Position numbers and translations under genes: made by a program
Notes under the pieces: generated by a model
Database searches by the model: none
What the model was told of the DNA's origin: nothing
What the model saw: only the letters and a program-made list of their open reading frames with translations
Shown: in pieces, positions 26,862 to 34,191 of the stretch
Numbering within the stretch: the stretch's first letter is position 1
Layout of the letters: each line of letters begins with the position of its first letter
IMG/VR virus record: IMGVR_UViG_3300005764_000008
Location: 1 to 41,221 of that record
From: a virus
DNA length: 41,221 nucleotides
Reading direction: 5' to 3' (one strand)

Positions 26862-27545
26862 ATGGCCGTCGGCACCCTCGCTCCCGACCCGTATCTGACG
26901 ATTTTCGATAACGTCGGCGTCATAGCCCCCGGCGCGAAAATCAACTCGTATCTCAGCGGCACGAGCACGCCGAGTCCGACCTACAGCGATGCCGCACTCA
27001 GTGCACCGCAGAATCCAGCCGTGGCCGATTCGTCGGGACGCGTGACGGTCTATCTGGATCCGGCGATCGGAAATTACAAGTTCATCATCACGAAATCGGA
27101 CGGCAGTGCGCTCAGAACCGCCGACCCAGTCGCGGCTGTCAATACGTCGTCCGGCCTCGGTGTGCAGTTCGTCTTTGGCGGGGAAAGTTCGACGCCGGTC
27201 ACGCAGACGTCCTACAACTCCGGAAGCACGTTCGATAAACTGCAACCCGGCACGGCGGCGTTCGTCAAGGATTCGGCGTCGCTGACGGGCACCTACGTGA
27301 TTCAGGCGACGGGCGTGGTCGTCTCTGGCACGATGTCAGTCGCAATCATGGACCTCTCGTCCGGCACGCCGGACACGCCGATTGCCACGGCGGCCTCGAT
27401 TACCAGCACGACCGGCCAGATGGCGCAGAGCGGCACGATTACGTTCGCGACCCCAGGCACGCCGCACACCTACGGCATCAAGACCCTGATTACGGCCGGG
27501 GGCACCGGCTTTGTCTGGGGCATTTCGCTCGTGAGGACGGCATGA
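26862..27545 (+). CDS. Tail fibre/spike protein (N-terminal virion-attachment-type motif)
   Basis: LTIFDNVGVIAPGAKINSYLSGTSTPSPTYSD...NPAVADSSGRVTVYL resembles the conserved N-termini of podophage fibres and spikes. Confidence 0.55.
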   Translation: MAVGTLAPDPYLTIFDNVGVIAPGAKINSYLSGTSTPSPTYSDAALSAPQNPAVADSSGRVTVYLDPAIGNYKFIITKSDGSALRTADPVAAVNTSSGLGVQFVFGGESSTPVTQTSYNSGSTFDKLQPGTAAFVKDSASLTGTYVIQATGVVVSGTMSVAIMDLSSGTPDTPIATAASITSTTGQMAQSGTITFATPGTPHTYGIKTLITAGGTGFVWGISLVRTA

Positions 27546-28456
27546 GACAGCTTCTGTTTGCGCTCACCGTCGTCTCGCTCGTGCTAGCCTCCGTGCTCCT
27601 GCAGGCGCAGATTGCGCCGGGGATTTTCAGCACGCTACAGACGACCTCGGCGGCGAGCTCCTCGCTGAAAGTCGGCTGCGCGGTCGGCGCGGCGACATGC
27701 GCGGGCGGCATCGTGGCGGGACAGTTGGCGCTCCACAACGGCGGGAACGTCAATACGATCGATAACGCGCTCGGCGGCGGGACGGCGCAGTTGGCGATTA
27801 CCTCAAGCGGCAATACGCTGACGCTAAAGCCGGATACGCTCGACTCCAATGCGACCACTGTGAATATCAACGTGGCTGGCAGCACCGTCGCGCAGTGGAC
27901 CTCGTCGATCTTCACGCTCGGTCCACTCGGCACGACACAGGAACTTCGCGTGAATGCCGGCAGCGTCGGCACGACCGTGCAGGGCGGCTTCTTCGGCACG
28001 CGCACGGCGAACGATATGGCCCTGCTGACGAATAACGCCACGATTGCCAAACTCTGTAACGGTGGCGGTATCACCGTCGGCAATCCCGATCCGACCGGCG
28101 GCTGCAAAGGCAACGGCACCATCAATATCAGCGCCGATATCTACAAAAACAACGCGGCCTACACGAATCCGCGCTGGGCGTTTCAGCGCTACTACACCGG
28201 CGCCGCCGATACGACCGGCCCGTATGCCGTCCCGCGCTGGTATACCGGCCTAATGCCGCTCAAAGACCATCGCGACTTCGTGCGCGTTCATCATGACCTC
28301 CCGCTGATGCTGCATGCGAAGGACGGCGGGATGTTCGAGCGCGGTGACATGATGCTGGCGTCGCTCGAAGAGGCGTATCTCTATATCTACCAGCTGGAAG
28401 ACCGCATCTCGAAACTCGAAGCGGCGCAGCATAAAGCGCCACGGAGGAAACGGTGA
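27542..28456 (+). CDS. Tail-fibre-like protein with a signal-peptide-like N-terminus
   Basis: N-terminus MRQLLFALTVVSLVLASVLLQAQ. G/T/N-rich beta region. C-terminal DHRDFVRVHHDLP...LEEAYLYIYQLEDRISKLE resembles fibre C-terminal modules. Confidence 0.55.
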   Translation: MRQLLFALTVVSLVLASVLLQAQIAPGIFSTLQTTSAASSSLKVGCAVGAATCAGGIVAGQLALHNGGNVNTIDNALGGGTAQLAITSSGNTLTLKPDTLDSNATTVNINVAGSTVAQWTSSIFTLGPLGTTQELRVNAGSVGTTVQGGFFGTRTANDMALLTNNATIAKLCNGGGITVGNPDPTGGCKGNGTINISADIYKNNAAYTNPRWAFQRYYTGAADTTGPYAVPRWYTGLMPLKDHRDFVRVHHDLPLMLHAKDGGMFERGDMMLASLEEAYLYIYQLEDRISKLEAAQHKAPRRKR

Positions 28457-28620
28457 AACGACTCGTCGCATTCGGCCTCGCTTTCGTCTTCGCGGCGGCG
28501 TTCTTCTTCCTGCGCCCATCGTGGCAGCCGCTCTGTGCGGCCTTTTCGCCGGATTCGGTCGAGTGGATTCTGCTCGGGTGCTGGATTGACCCACCGTCGG
28601 GCGATCCGAAGACCTACTAG
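28453..28620 (+). CDS. Small membrane protein (55 aa)
   Basis: GTGA overlap with the previous stop. Hydrophobic LVAFGLAFVFAAAFFFL. Confidence 0.35.
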   Translation: MKRLVAFGLAFVFAAAFFFLRPSWQPLCAAFSPDSVEWILLGCWIDPPSGDPKTY

Positions 28621-28638
28621 GGAGCCGTTCTGCCGTGG

Positions 28639-28737
28639 ATGGGCACTGCCGCGTCGCCCCTAAGCATCTGGGTCTTGATGTTGGCGCTGATTGTCTATTC
28701 CGCCGTGCTCGCCTACGAGGATTTGCGACGACGATGA
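28639..28737 (+). CDS. Possible 32-aa single-TM peptide
   Basis: Translation is MGTAASPLSIWVLMLALIVYSAVLAYEDLRRR. No good SD. Confidence 0.25.
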   Translation: MGTAASPLSIWVLMLALIVYSAVLAYEDLRRR

Positions 28738-28743
28738 CACGTC

Positions 28744-29007
28744 ATGGGGCCGCGTCCTGTTAAGCTGAGGCACGGGCACATGTATCGCCTCTCTGGCATG
28801 CGGAAAGAAATGTGGCAGGTGCCGATGCGCCCCTACGGCCGACCGCAGTCGCTAGTGGCCAAATACATCGGCGGCGGCCAAGGGACACGGCGCTGGTATC
28901 TGTTTGAGGTGCATGTGCACGGGCGGGAACATGGCGTCATTCTGATGCCGTGGGAAGATCTGGCACGGATGGAACTCGAAGACCTTGGACATGGAGACAC
29001 CGTGTAA
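28744..29007 (+). CDS. Hypothetical protein
   Basis: 87-aa ORF. Its stop overlaps the next start (TAATG). Confidence 0.5.
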   Translation: MGPRPVKLRHGHMYRLSGMRKEMWQVPMRPYGRPQSLVAKYIGGGQGTRRWYLFEVHVHGREHGVILMPWEDLARMELEDLGHGDTV

Positions 29008-29345
29008 TGGCCGTGACGCCGGAATATCGCCACTACAACGATGACCTAGACAGGCGTCGCGCCGAAGAAACCGCCGATCCGTGGCTCGCTGGCGTGCCGC
29101 CGTGGGTGAAAGCTATCGCCGTCGTCGGCATTCCTGGCGTCATTGCGCTCTTTTTGGTCTATCAAGTCGCCAATCAGATTCCAAAGCTCGAAGAACGGCA
29201 GGTCACGATTGAGAAGAATCTCGACCAGCAACGACAGGGGCTCGAACGTGAAGCCGTCAAGATGGACCAGATGTTCCGAACTCTGCAGCGGATTTGCTCG
29301 AACACGGCCAAGACCGACGAGGACCGGCAGCGATGCTTCGACTGA
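29007..29345 (+). CDS. Type-II membrane protein with a coiled-coil ectodomain (i-spanin-like or holin-like)
   Basis: TM segment WVKAIAVVGIPGVIALFLVYQVA, then helical sequence EERQVTIEKNLDQQRQGLEREAVKMDQ. Two C-terminal Cys. Confidence 0.55.
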   Translation: MAVTPEYRHYNDDLDRRRAEETADPWLAGVPPWVKAIAVVGIPGVIALFLVYQVANQIPKLEERQVTIEKNLDQQRQGLEREAVKMDQMFRTLQRICSNTAKTDEDRQRCFD

Positions 29346-29680
29346 TCGCGTATCGGCCGGCGGTCATCCTGATGGGCCTCTTTCTGGGGATGACGCTCTG
29401 CTCGTTCGGGGCGAGTGTGGTACTGCTCCGCCGGCAGGTGGCGATTCAGCTTCGCTTGGCCGAAGCCGAAGCGACGATGAAGGACTATGAGCGACGCGCC
29501 GCGACGGCGAACACGGTGCAGGACCAGCGCTTGACGGTGCTCGAGACCGCGATGTTTGCCAACCATCCGCCGAAGGATATGACCGCCGTGCAGCTCTGGC
29601 AGAAGAACCGGGACAAGGAACTGCGCGACCGGCTGACGGCGCTCGAGCGCTGGCGGCTCGCGCAGGACGGCCGGCGATGA
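29333..29680 (+). CDS. Second type-II membrane protein with a coiled-coil ectodomain (spanin-like)
   Basis: TM segment AVILMGLFLGMTLCSFGASVVLL followed by a helical region. Overlaps the previous gene by 13 nt. Confidence 0.55.
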   Translation: MLRLIAYRPAVILMGLFLGMTLCSFGASVVLLRRQVAIQLRLAEAEATMKDYERRAATANTVQDQRLTVLETAMFANHPPKDMTAVQLWQKNRDKELRDRLTALERWRLAQDGRR

Positions 29681-29763
29681 GGGATGACCTGCTGCGCCAA
29701 CTCGTCGCCATTGTGCGCCGGGTCATGGTGTGGCGTGTGCTCGTGTCGAGAGGGCGTCGATAA
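29677..29763 (+). CDS. Possible 28-aa coupled peptide
   Basis: ATGA overlap upstream and TAATG overlap downstream. Translation is MRDDLLRQLVAIVRRVMVWRVLVSRGRR. Confidence 0.25.
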   Translation: MRDDLLRQLVAIVRRVMVWRVLVSRGRR

Positions 29764-30563
29764 TGGTCAACGCATGGTTTCCGAAGCTACGCACCGATGG
29801 CACGATTGCCAGCGGGAACGCTGGCATCTGGATCTCACCCGTCAATGGCCTGCCGCGGCAGGTGTCGACCGTAGGCACATCGCCCATCTGGTCCGCCGAT
29901 ACCATCATCTACAATCGGAATGACGGAACCACGCAAGTGGGGGATGCGGTGCTGCCGGCCGCCTTTAACGGGATGGTCGGCTGCGATTGCGGCCAATGGG
30001 CGGGCTTTCTCGCCACTGGGTCTGGCGAGATTCGACGGTATCAGGGGCTGAGCCAAATCGCCACCGCGACAGCGACCTGTGCGCCGAAATTCTTCGGTTT
30101 CTCGTTCGGATGGCTGGCGCCCTACCAGACCGGACCGGACTACCAGCGCACGCTGACCATTAGCGGACGGGTGCGTGCCAGCGGGGAGATTCTGGATTGG
30201 TTCCCAGACCGTAGCGGGGCGTTCTACGTCTATGTCGCGGCGACCGGCACCTATAGCCGCGCCATCTGGGACGACAAAGGCAACAACGTCACCATCCGGT
30301 CGCAGGCGGACGAAACGCCCATTCTCTGTTTTGCTGGGCCTGACGGTTTACCGTGGATCCTGTCCAATGCCCCCACGGCCGGCACGTTTGTCCGCATGAT
30401 TTACTCGGCGTTTGGCTATGTCATTCCCGGCGATTTGTATTATCCCGACGCACGCCTGATCGGTGACCGTCTCCGCGTGGTAGGCTCGTGGAGCGACGGA
30501 TCGCCGCGCTTCGATGTGTGGGTGGATTTCACGGCGCCGAAAGTAGACCTGAGAACGTTATGA
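29763..30563 (+). CDS. Hypothetical protein (266 aa)
   Basis: ATG 29763 overlaps the upstream stop. Beta-rich, with no recognised motif. Confidence 0.6.
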   Translation: MVNAWFPKLRTDGTIASGNAGIWISPVNGLPRQVSTVGTSPIWSADTIIYNRNDGTTQVGDAVLPAAFNGMVGCDCGQWAGFLATGSGEIRRYQGLSQIATATATCAPKFFGFSFGWLAPYQTGPDYQRTLTISGRVRASGEILDWFPDRSGAFYVYVAATGTYSRAIWDDKGNNVTIRSQADETPILCFAGPDGLPWILSNAPTAGTFVRMIYSAFGYVIPGDLYYPDARLIGDRLRVVGSWSDGSPRFDVWVDFTAPKVDLRTL

Positions 30564-30940
30564 CCTACCATATCGCCGTCATCGGCCCCAATGGCCGCTA
30601 TGCCTCCTTTGATCCGACTACGCACATCCTCGCGTTCGACCGGGACGCCGTGGCCGGATCCTGGGAGCAGTTTACCGCGAAGCCTTCCACCGATCCCGCG
30701 CGGTGGGTGCTCGAAAGCGTCTCGGCGCCGGGCTGGATCTGGGGCGTCGACGTCACACAGTTCGGCTCCAACGAGTTGTCCAAGCTGTTCTACCTGACCG
30801 ACCGGGCACCCGGCAACTATGAGCAGTTCTTCTTGGGCACGACGCCGAACGGGCTGCTGCTGGCGATGATCGAATACCTGACCCAGGGCGTGACGACCAA
30901 GCCTTATGCCTCGCCGAATCTCACACTGGTGCAACTGTGA
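30560..30940 (+). CDS. Hypothetical protein (126 aa)
   Basis: ATGA overlap upstream and GTGA-type overlap downstream. Translation begins MTYHIAVIGPNGRYASFDPTTHILAFDRDAVAGSWEQF. Confidence 0.6.
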   Translation: MTYHIAVIGPNGRYASFDPTTHILAFDRDAVAGSWEQFTAKPSTDPARWVLESVSAPGWIWGVDVTQFGSNELSKLFYLTDRAPGNYEQFFLGTTPNGLLLAMIEYLTQGVTTKPYASPNLTLVQL

Positions 30941-31974
30941 GTCTGTCTGACGTCGTGCCGCGCATTGTGCCGTTTGGGTCGCTCCCGATTCCGACGCGCG
31001 CCCAACTCGCCGACGTGCGGACCAGCGGCATGCAAGGGCTGATCGTCAATACCCCGTCCTTCGGTCCCGGCAACTGGTTCGAGCTCTACCTGACGTCGGA
31101 AGAGCTGACTGCCGCTGACCGGGCGGCGGTCTACGCGGCCAAGCGCGCCGCTGGTGATACCCACATGATCGTGGCGCTCTCGTGGGCGTATCGCGAGAGT
31201 GGGATCTCGTTCGGAACCCTCGGTCGGGCGCCGGCTGGCTTCGACGGCACTAGGAACTGGCTGCGCTTCCTGGCGCTCCTGGACGAGATCATCGCGGCCG
31301 GCTTCTACATCAGCCTTCACATGGCCGGCGACGGCCTGTCGCGGCCTGACTTCGGCTACAACGACCCCGTCGGCGACACCTACGGCTGGCAGTGGCTCAT
31401 GGCGAATCTGGCCACGATCCGCGCGCAGGTCGGCGAGGCCCGCGCGGCATATATCGCGTGGTGTCCCGGCTTCGATGGCTGCATTCCGGGCTGGGCCGGC
31501 CCGGAGAACGATTGGCATCGGACGAACGAATACCTGCAGGCGGCGAGACAGACGTTGGGGCCGAGTGCCGTGATCGCCCTCTACCTCTCGGCCGGCTATT
31601 GGGCGTGGAGCGGTGAGACGAACGATTGGGCCACGCCAGACGGGCAGCAGGCCGATGTCGCGTTCTATGAGGGGCCTGTGCCCTTCGGGCCGCTGGTCGG
31701 GCCGTATCCGGGCCCGGAGAACGGATCGCCGTGGGACCAGATCTGGCAGATTTCCAAGCGGCTCTTGATGGGCGCGTATGTGCGGCCGCCCGACCAGCCG
31801 GCCGATGACGATCCAGGCACGATCCCGGGTTCGCATCAGACGCTGCGCGGGCCATTGATGACGAATTACTTGGAAATCAGCACCTATGATTGGGTGCGCG
31901 GACGTGTTGACAGCGGCACGGTGCAGCGGCAGCGGGCCTACCTGCGCGGGTGCGGCTGGGCTCGGACGGGATAG
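30937..31974 (+). CDS. Hypothetical W/Y/G-rich protein (345 aa); candidate glycan-active enzyme or endolysin (from position only)
   Basis: Alternating hydrophobic-strand/helix pattern (MIVALSW, YISLHMAGDG, YIAWCPGFDG, VIALYLSAGYWAW) is suggestive of a barrel fold. No canonical lysozyme or amidase motif. Confidence 0.55.
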   Translation: MSLSDVVPRIVPFGSLPIPTRAQLADVRTSGMQGLIVNTPSFGPGNWFELYLTSEELTAADRAAVYAAKRAAGDTHMIVALSWAYRESGISFGTLGRAPAGFDGTRNWLRFLALLDEIIAAGFYISLHMAGDGLSRPDFGYNDPVGDTYGWQWLMANLATIRAQVGEARAAYIAWCPGFDGCIPGWAGPENDWHRTNEYLQAARQTLGPSAVIALYLSAGYWAWSGETNDWATPDGQQADVAFYEGPVPFGPLVGPYPGPENGSPWDQIWQISKRLLMGAYVRPPDQPADDDPGTIPGSHQTLRGPLMTNYLEISTYDWVRGRVDSGTVQRQRAYLRGCGWARTG

Positions 31975-31991
31975 CCTCAAGGACGGCCATC

Positions 31992-32177
31992 ATGCCATTA
32001 CTCACCGTCCTCATCACGATCGTCCTGCTCGGCGTGGTGCTCTATCTGGTCGAGACCTACGTCCCGATGTCGCCGCCGATCAAGACGCTGCTCCGCGTCG
32101 TGGTCGTGCTGGTGATTGTGCTGTGGCTCCTCCAACTCGTTGGCGTTGTCGGGCCGAACATGCCGCGGATTCGCTGA
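31992..32177 (+). CDS. Small two-TM membrane protein (Thivi_2564-like pattern); holin candidate
   Basis: Translation is MPLLTVLITIVLLGVVLYLVETYVPMSPPIKTLLRVVVVLVIVLWLLQLVGVV. Confidence 0.6.
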   Translation: MPLLTVLITIVLLGVVLYLVETYVPMSPPIKTLLRVVVVLVIVLWLLQLVGVVGPNMPRIR

Positions 32178-32178
32178 G

Positions 32179-32421
32179 GTGCAGGACCCATGCCCCGATG
32201 CGATTCCCATCCCCGCGTCATCCTCGAACGTGGCCGGATGGTTCTTCGCCGCCGTGCTTGTTGCCGTGCTGCTCTTCGAGGTGTGGGCCTATCGAACACA
32301 TCGACCGACGATTTCACAGTGGATGCGTCATCATCTCGGCAGATTTCGACTCTGGCGAGTCTTCGCGGTCGGGTTGCTCGGTCTGATTCTCTGGCACCTG
32401 TTTCTCGGCGGTCCGATTTAG
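32179..32421 (+). CDS. Small two-TM membrane protein
   Basis: Contains AGWFFAAVLVAVLLFEVWAY and WRVFAVGLLGLILWHLFLG. The start is uncertain (GTG 32179 or GTG 32230). Confidence 0.5.
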   Translation: MQDPCPDAIPIPASSSNVAGWFFAAVLVAVLLFEVWAYRTHRPTISQWMRHHLGRFRLWRVFAVGLLGLILWHLFLGGPI

Positions 32422-32435
32422 CAGAAGGATAAACG

Positions 32436-32642
32436 ATGCAGAGCACGCACTATGTCACGCTGGCGATTCTTCTCGGCGCTGTCGCCCTCCAGATTGGCGG
32501 CCTGAAACAGTGGAGTGACGCCCTCGCCCCGTCGTTTGTCGCAGGCACCTTAGCGACGCTGGCCGCCGTGCTGCGGGCGATGTTCCAGCCGCCGCCCACG
32601 AGCGTGCCGACCGTCGACGTGGCGAAGGTGGGGAAACCCTAA
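32436..32642 (+). CDS. Small two-TM membrane protein; holin candidate
   Basis: Contains YVTLAILLGAVALQIGG and FVAGTLATLAAVLRAMF. AAGGA lies upstream. Confidence 0.55.
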   Translation: MQSTHYVTLAILLGAVALQIGGLKQWSDALAPSFVAGTLATLAAVLRAMFQPPPTSVPTVDVAKVGKP

Positions 32643-32950
32643 TGCTGCCAACACAGCCGACAACCGCGGCGCTCCCTGGATGGCCTGTTAATCCGCCAGC
32701 GGCAGCTCCGCTCAGCCAGGACGCGCTCAAAGCCGCCATCGCGCACGACCTGAACACCAACATCACGATTCCGGACGGGCACCGCGGCGCGGTTGTGGTC
32801 TTCGCGAATAAGGACACGATCGAAACGGCAATCGCTGGGAAGGTGCTGGAGAAAGGCTCGCTGGTCTGGACGGTCGGTGCCGTCTATAGCCACGACTGGA
32901 CGGGCGCGCATGCGGACACGATGGGGACGGTGAGCACGATTACGTGGTAG
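32642..32950 (+). CDS. Hypothetical protein; last gene of the late block
   Basis: 102-aa ORF whose ATG overlaps the previous stop (TAATG). Confidence 0.55.
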   Translation: MLPTQPTTAALPGWPVNPPAAAPLSQDALKAAIAHDLNTNITIPDGHRGAVVVFANKDTIETAIAGKVLEKGSLVWTVGAVYSHDWTGAHADTMGTVSTITW

Positions 32951-32960
32951 CGGCAGGTTG

Positions 32961-33039
32961 ATGCGTGGTCGGCGTCCCGGCTGGGAAACATCGGGTGCCC
33001 CGCTCGGTGAGGACGGGACGGCCGGCCACCATCACGCAT
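32961..33039. terminator. Long imperfect palindrome at the convergence of the late and early blocks (possible bidirectional terminator)
   Basis: ATGCGTG(32961-32967) pairs with CACGCAT(33033-33039). Inner GTCCCG/CGGGAC arms are present. There is no clean U-run. Confidence 0.3.
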
Positions 33040-33043
33040 TGTT

Positions 33044-33337
33044 TCATTCTTCCTCTCTGTCCGCTTCGAGTGCCGCGATCCGGGCTTCGGCCTGCTCTCT
33101 GGCATAGTGCTCTGTCAACCACTGGCAGCCTTTGAAACCGCACATGCCATTGAGGTATTTTGCCGAGCGAATGCCTTCGAGCCGGTCTAGCGCCTCGGCC
33201 TGCTGCTGCACGAGGTCGAGGAGCCACGGAATATCAGCAAAAAGGAGGCCGACATAGCCGACGTTGGCTCCATTCTTGAGTCGGTGGAGTAGTTGCCGTA
33301 TCTCCGCCAGCCGTGCAGCGGTGGAGGGGTCAGTCAT
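33044..33337 (-). CDS. Hypothetical protein; last gene of the early block
   Basis: 97-aa ORF with an ATGA overlap to the upstream gene. Confidence 0.55.
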   Translation of the reverse strand: MTDPSTAARLAEIRQLLHRLKNGANVGYVGLLFADIPWLLDLVQQQAEALDRLEGIRSAKYLNGMCGFKGCQWLTEHYAREQAEARIAALEADREEE

Positions 33338-33690
33338 ATCCAGTTTTCCATTTCGGCTTCGAGTTCTGTGATGATGGCCTTCAGCCGGTCCCGCTCGGCT
33401 TCGGACTGCGCCAATTTCGCCTTCAGGTCTGCGACCTCCACCATAAGTCCGTCTGCATCTTCTATGTGAACAGTTGCGGAATGCTTCCAGTCATCACGCT
33501 CCTGTTCGGCCTGCGCCAACGCAGTGGCGAGAAAATCTCGGAGAATCTGCAAGCCTTCATCTTCAGGCAGGAACGAATAGCCTGCCGTATCGCCGTCATG
33601 TTCAAGTGCGCCTGCAAGTTTTTGGTAGGTATCTTGTAGCAGTTGTTCCCGCAGGCTCGGCGTCCCTGATGGCGTGGGGTGGTCAGTCAT
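33334..33690 (-). CDS. Hypothetical acidic coiled-coil protein
   Basis: 118 aa. The C-terminal half is a helical heptad-like sequence (VADLKAKLAQSEAERDRLKAIITELEAEMENW). Confidence 0.6.
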   Translation of the reverse strand: MTDHPTPSGTPSLREQLLQDTYQKLAGALEHDGDTAGYSFLPEDEGLQILRDFLATALAQAEQERDDWKHSATVHIEDADGLMVEVADLKAKLAQSEAERDRLKAIITELEAEMENWI

Positions 33691-33818
33691 CGTTCGGTGT
33701 CCCTTCGTCTTTCAACAGCTTCAGACCATCGACGTTCGGTCTCAATAACGCCGTAGCGATAGCCATATAAAAGCCCCAAAATCAAGGCAAGAAAAACGCC
33801 ACTTAGGAGCAGAATCAT
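33687..33818 (-). CDS. Small single-TM protein (43 aa)
   Basis: Translation is MILLLSGVFLALILGLLYGYRYGV.... Its stop overlaps the next ATG (ATGA). Confidence 0.4.
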   Translation of the reverse strand: MILLLSGVFLALILGLLYGYRYGVIETERRWSEAVERRRDTER

Positions 33819-33829
33819 GTCGGTGCCCT

Positions 33830-34009
33830 TCACAGAAACGTCGCCAGCAGCACGCCGAACCAGAGCGCCACGACCAGAATCAGCATGGCGAATCCAGCCA
33901 ATTGCGGCCCGAAGTCGTAATCGCCTTCCTGTTTCACGCGCGTGGCGGCATAGATGGAGAGCAGCGTCACGAGGACTGCCACCGTCCAGCGGTTAATTGG
34001 CAAGGTCAT
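33830..34009 (-). CDS. Small two-TM membrane protein
   Basis: Translation is MTLPINRWTVAVLVTLLSIYAATRV...LAGFAMLILVVALWFGVLLATFL. The ATG overlaps the upstream stop. Confidence 0.5.
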   Translation of the reverse strand: MTLPINRWTVAVLVTLLSIYAATRVKQEGDYDFGPQLAGFAMLILVVALWFGVLLATFL

Positions 34010-34191
34010 GGCTTCGGTGTCCCTTCGGCGTAGGCGGCGAGGAGGGCGGCGAGCTCCTTGGCGCAAATACGCACCCAATCACCACAAGTTTGCTCGCCAG
34101 CGTCATAATCAATGCGTTTCGCAGCCGATTCCCATTGCTTAATCAACCGATGGATCCCTTCCACGAGCGAGAACGACGGCTGGTCAGGCAT
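34006..34191 (-). CDS. Small hypothetical protein
   Basis: 61-aa ORF that begins immediately after the stop of the repeat protein. Confidence 0.5.
   Translation of the reverse strand: MPDQPSFSLVEGIHRLIKQWESAAKRIDYDAGEQTCGDWVRICAKELAALLAAYAEGTPKP

Noticed and set aside
26862-28456. A diversity-generating retroelement acting on the fibre genes.
   Set aside because: No reverse transcriptase ORF exists anywhere in the genome. I noticed no template/variable repeat pair with adenine-specific differences.
29333-29680. A lipobox in LFLGMTLCSFG, which would make this an o-spanin or lipoprotein.
   Set aside because: The residues before the Cys (M-T-L) do not fit L-[AS]-[GA]-C. The Cys lies in the middle of a TM helix.
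32190-32432. An 80-aa ORF in an alternative frame to the two-TM protein gene.
   Set aside because: The translation is Arg/Ser-rich with no features. The overlapping frame encodes two clean hydrophobic helices and fits the run of small membrane proteins.
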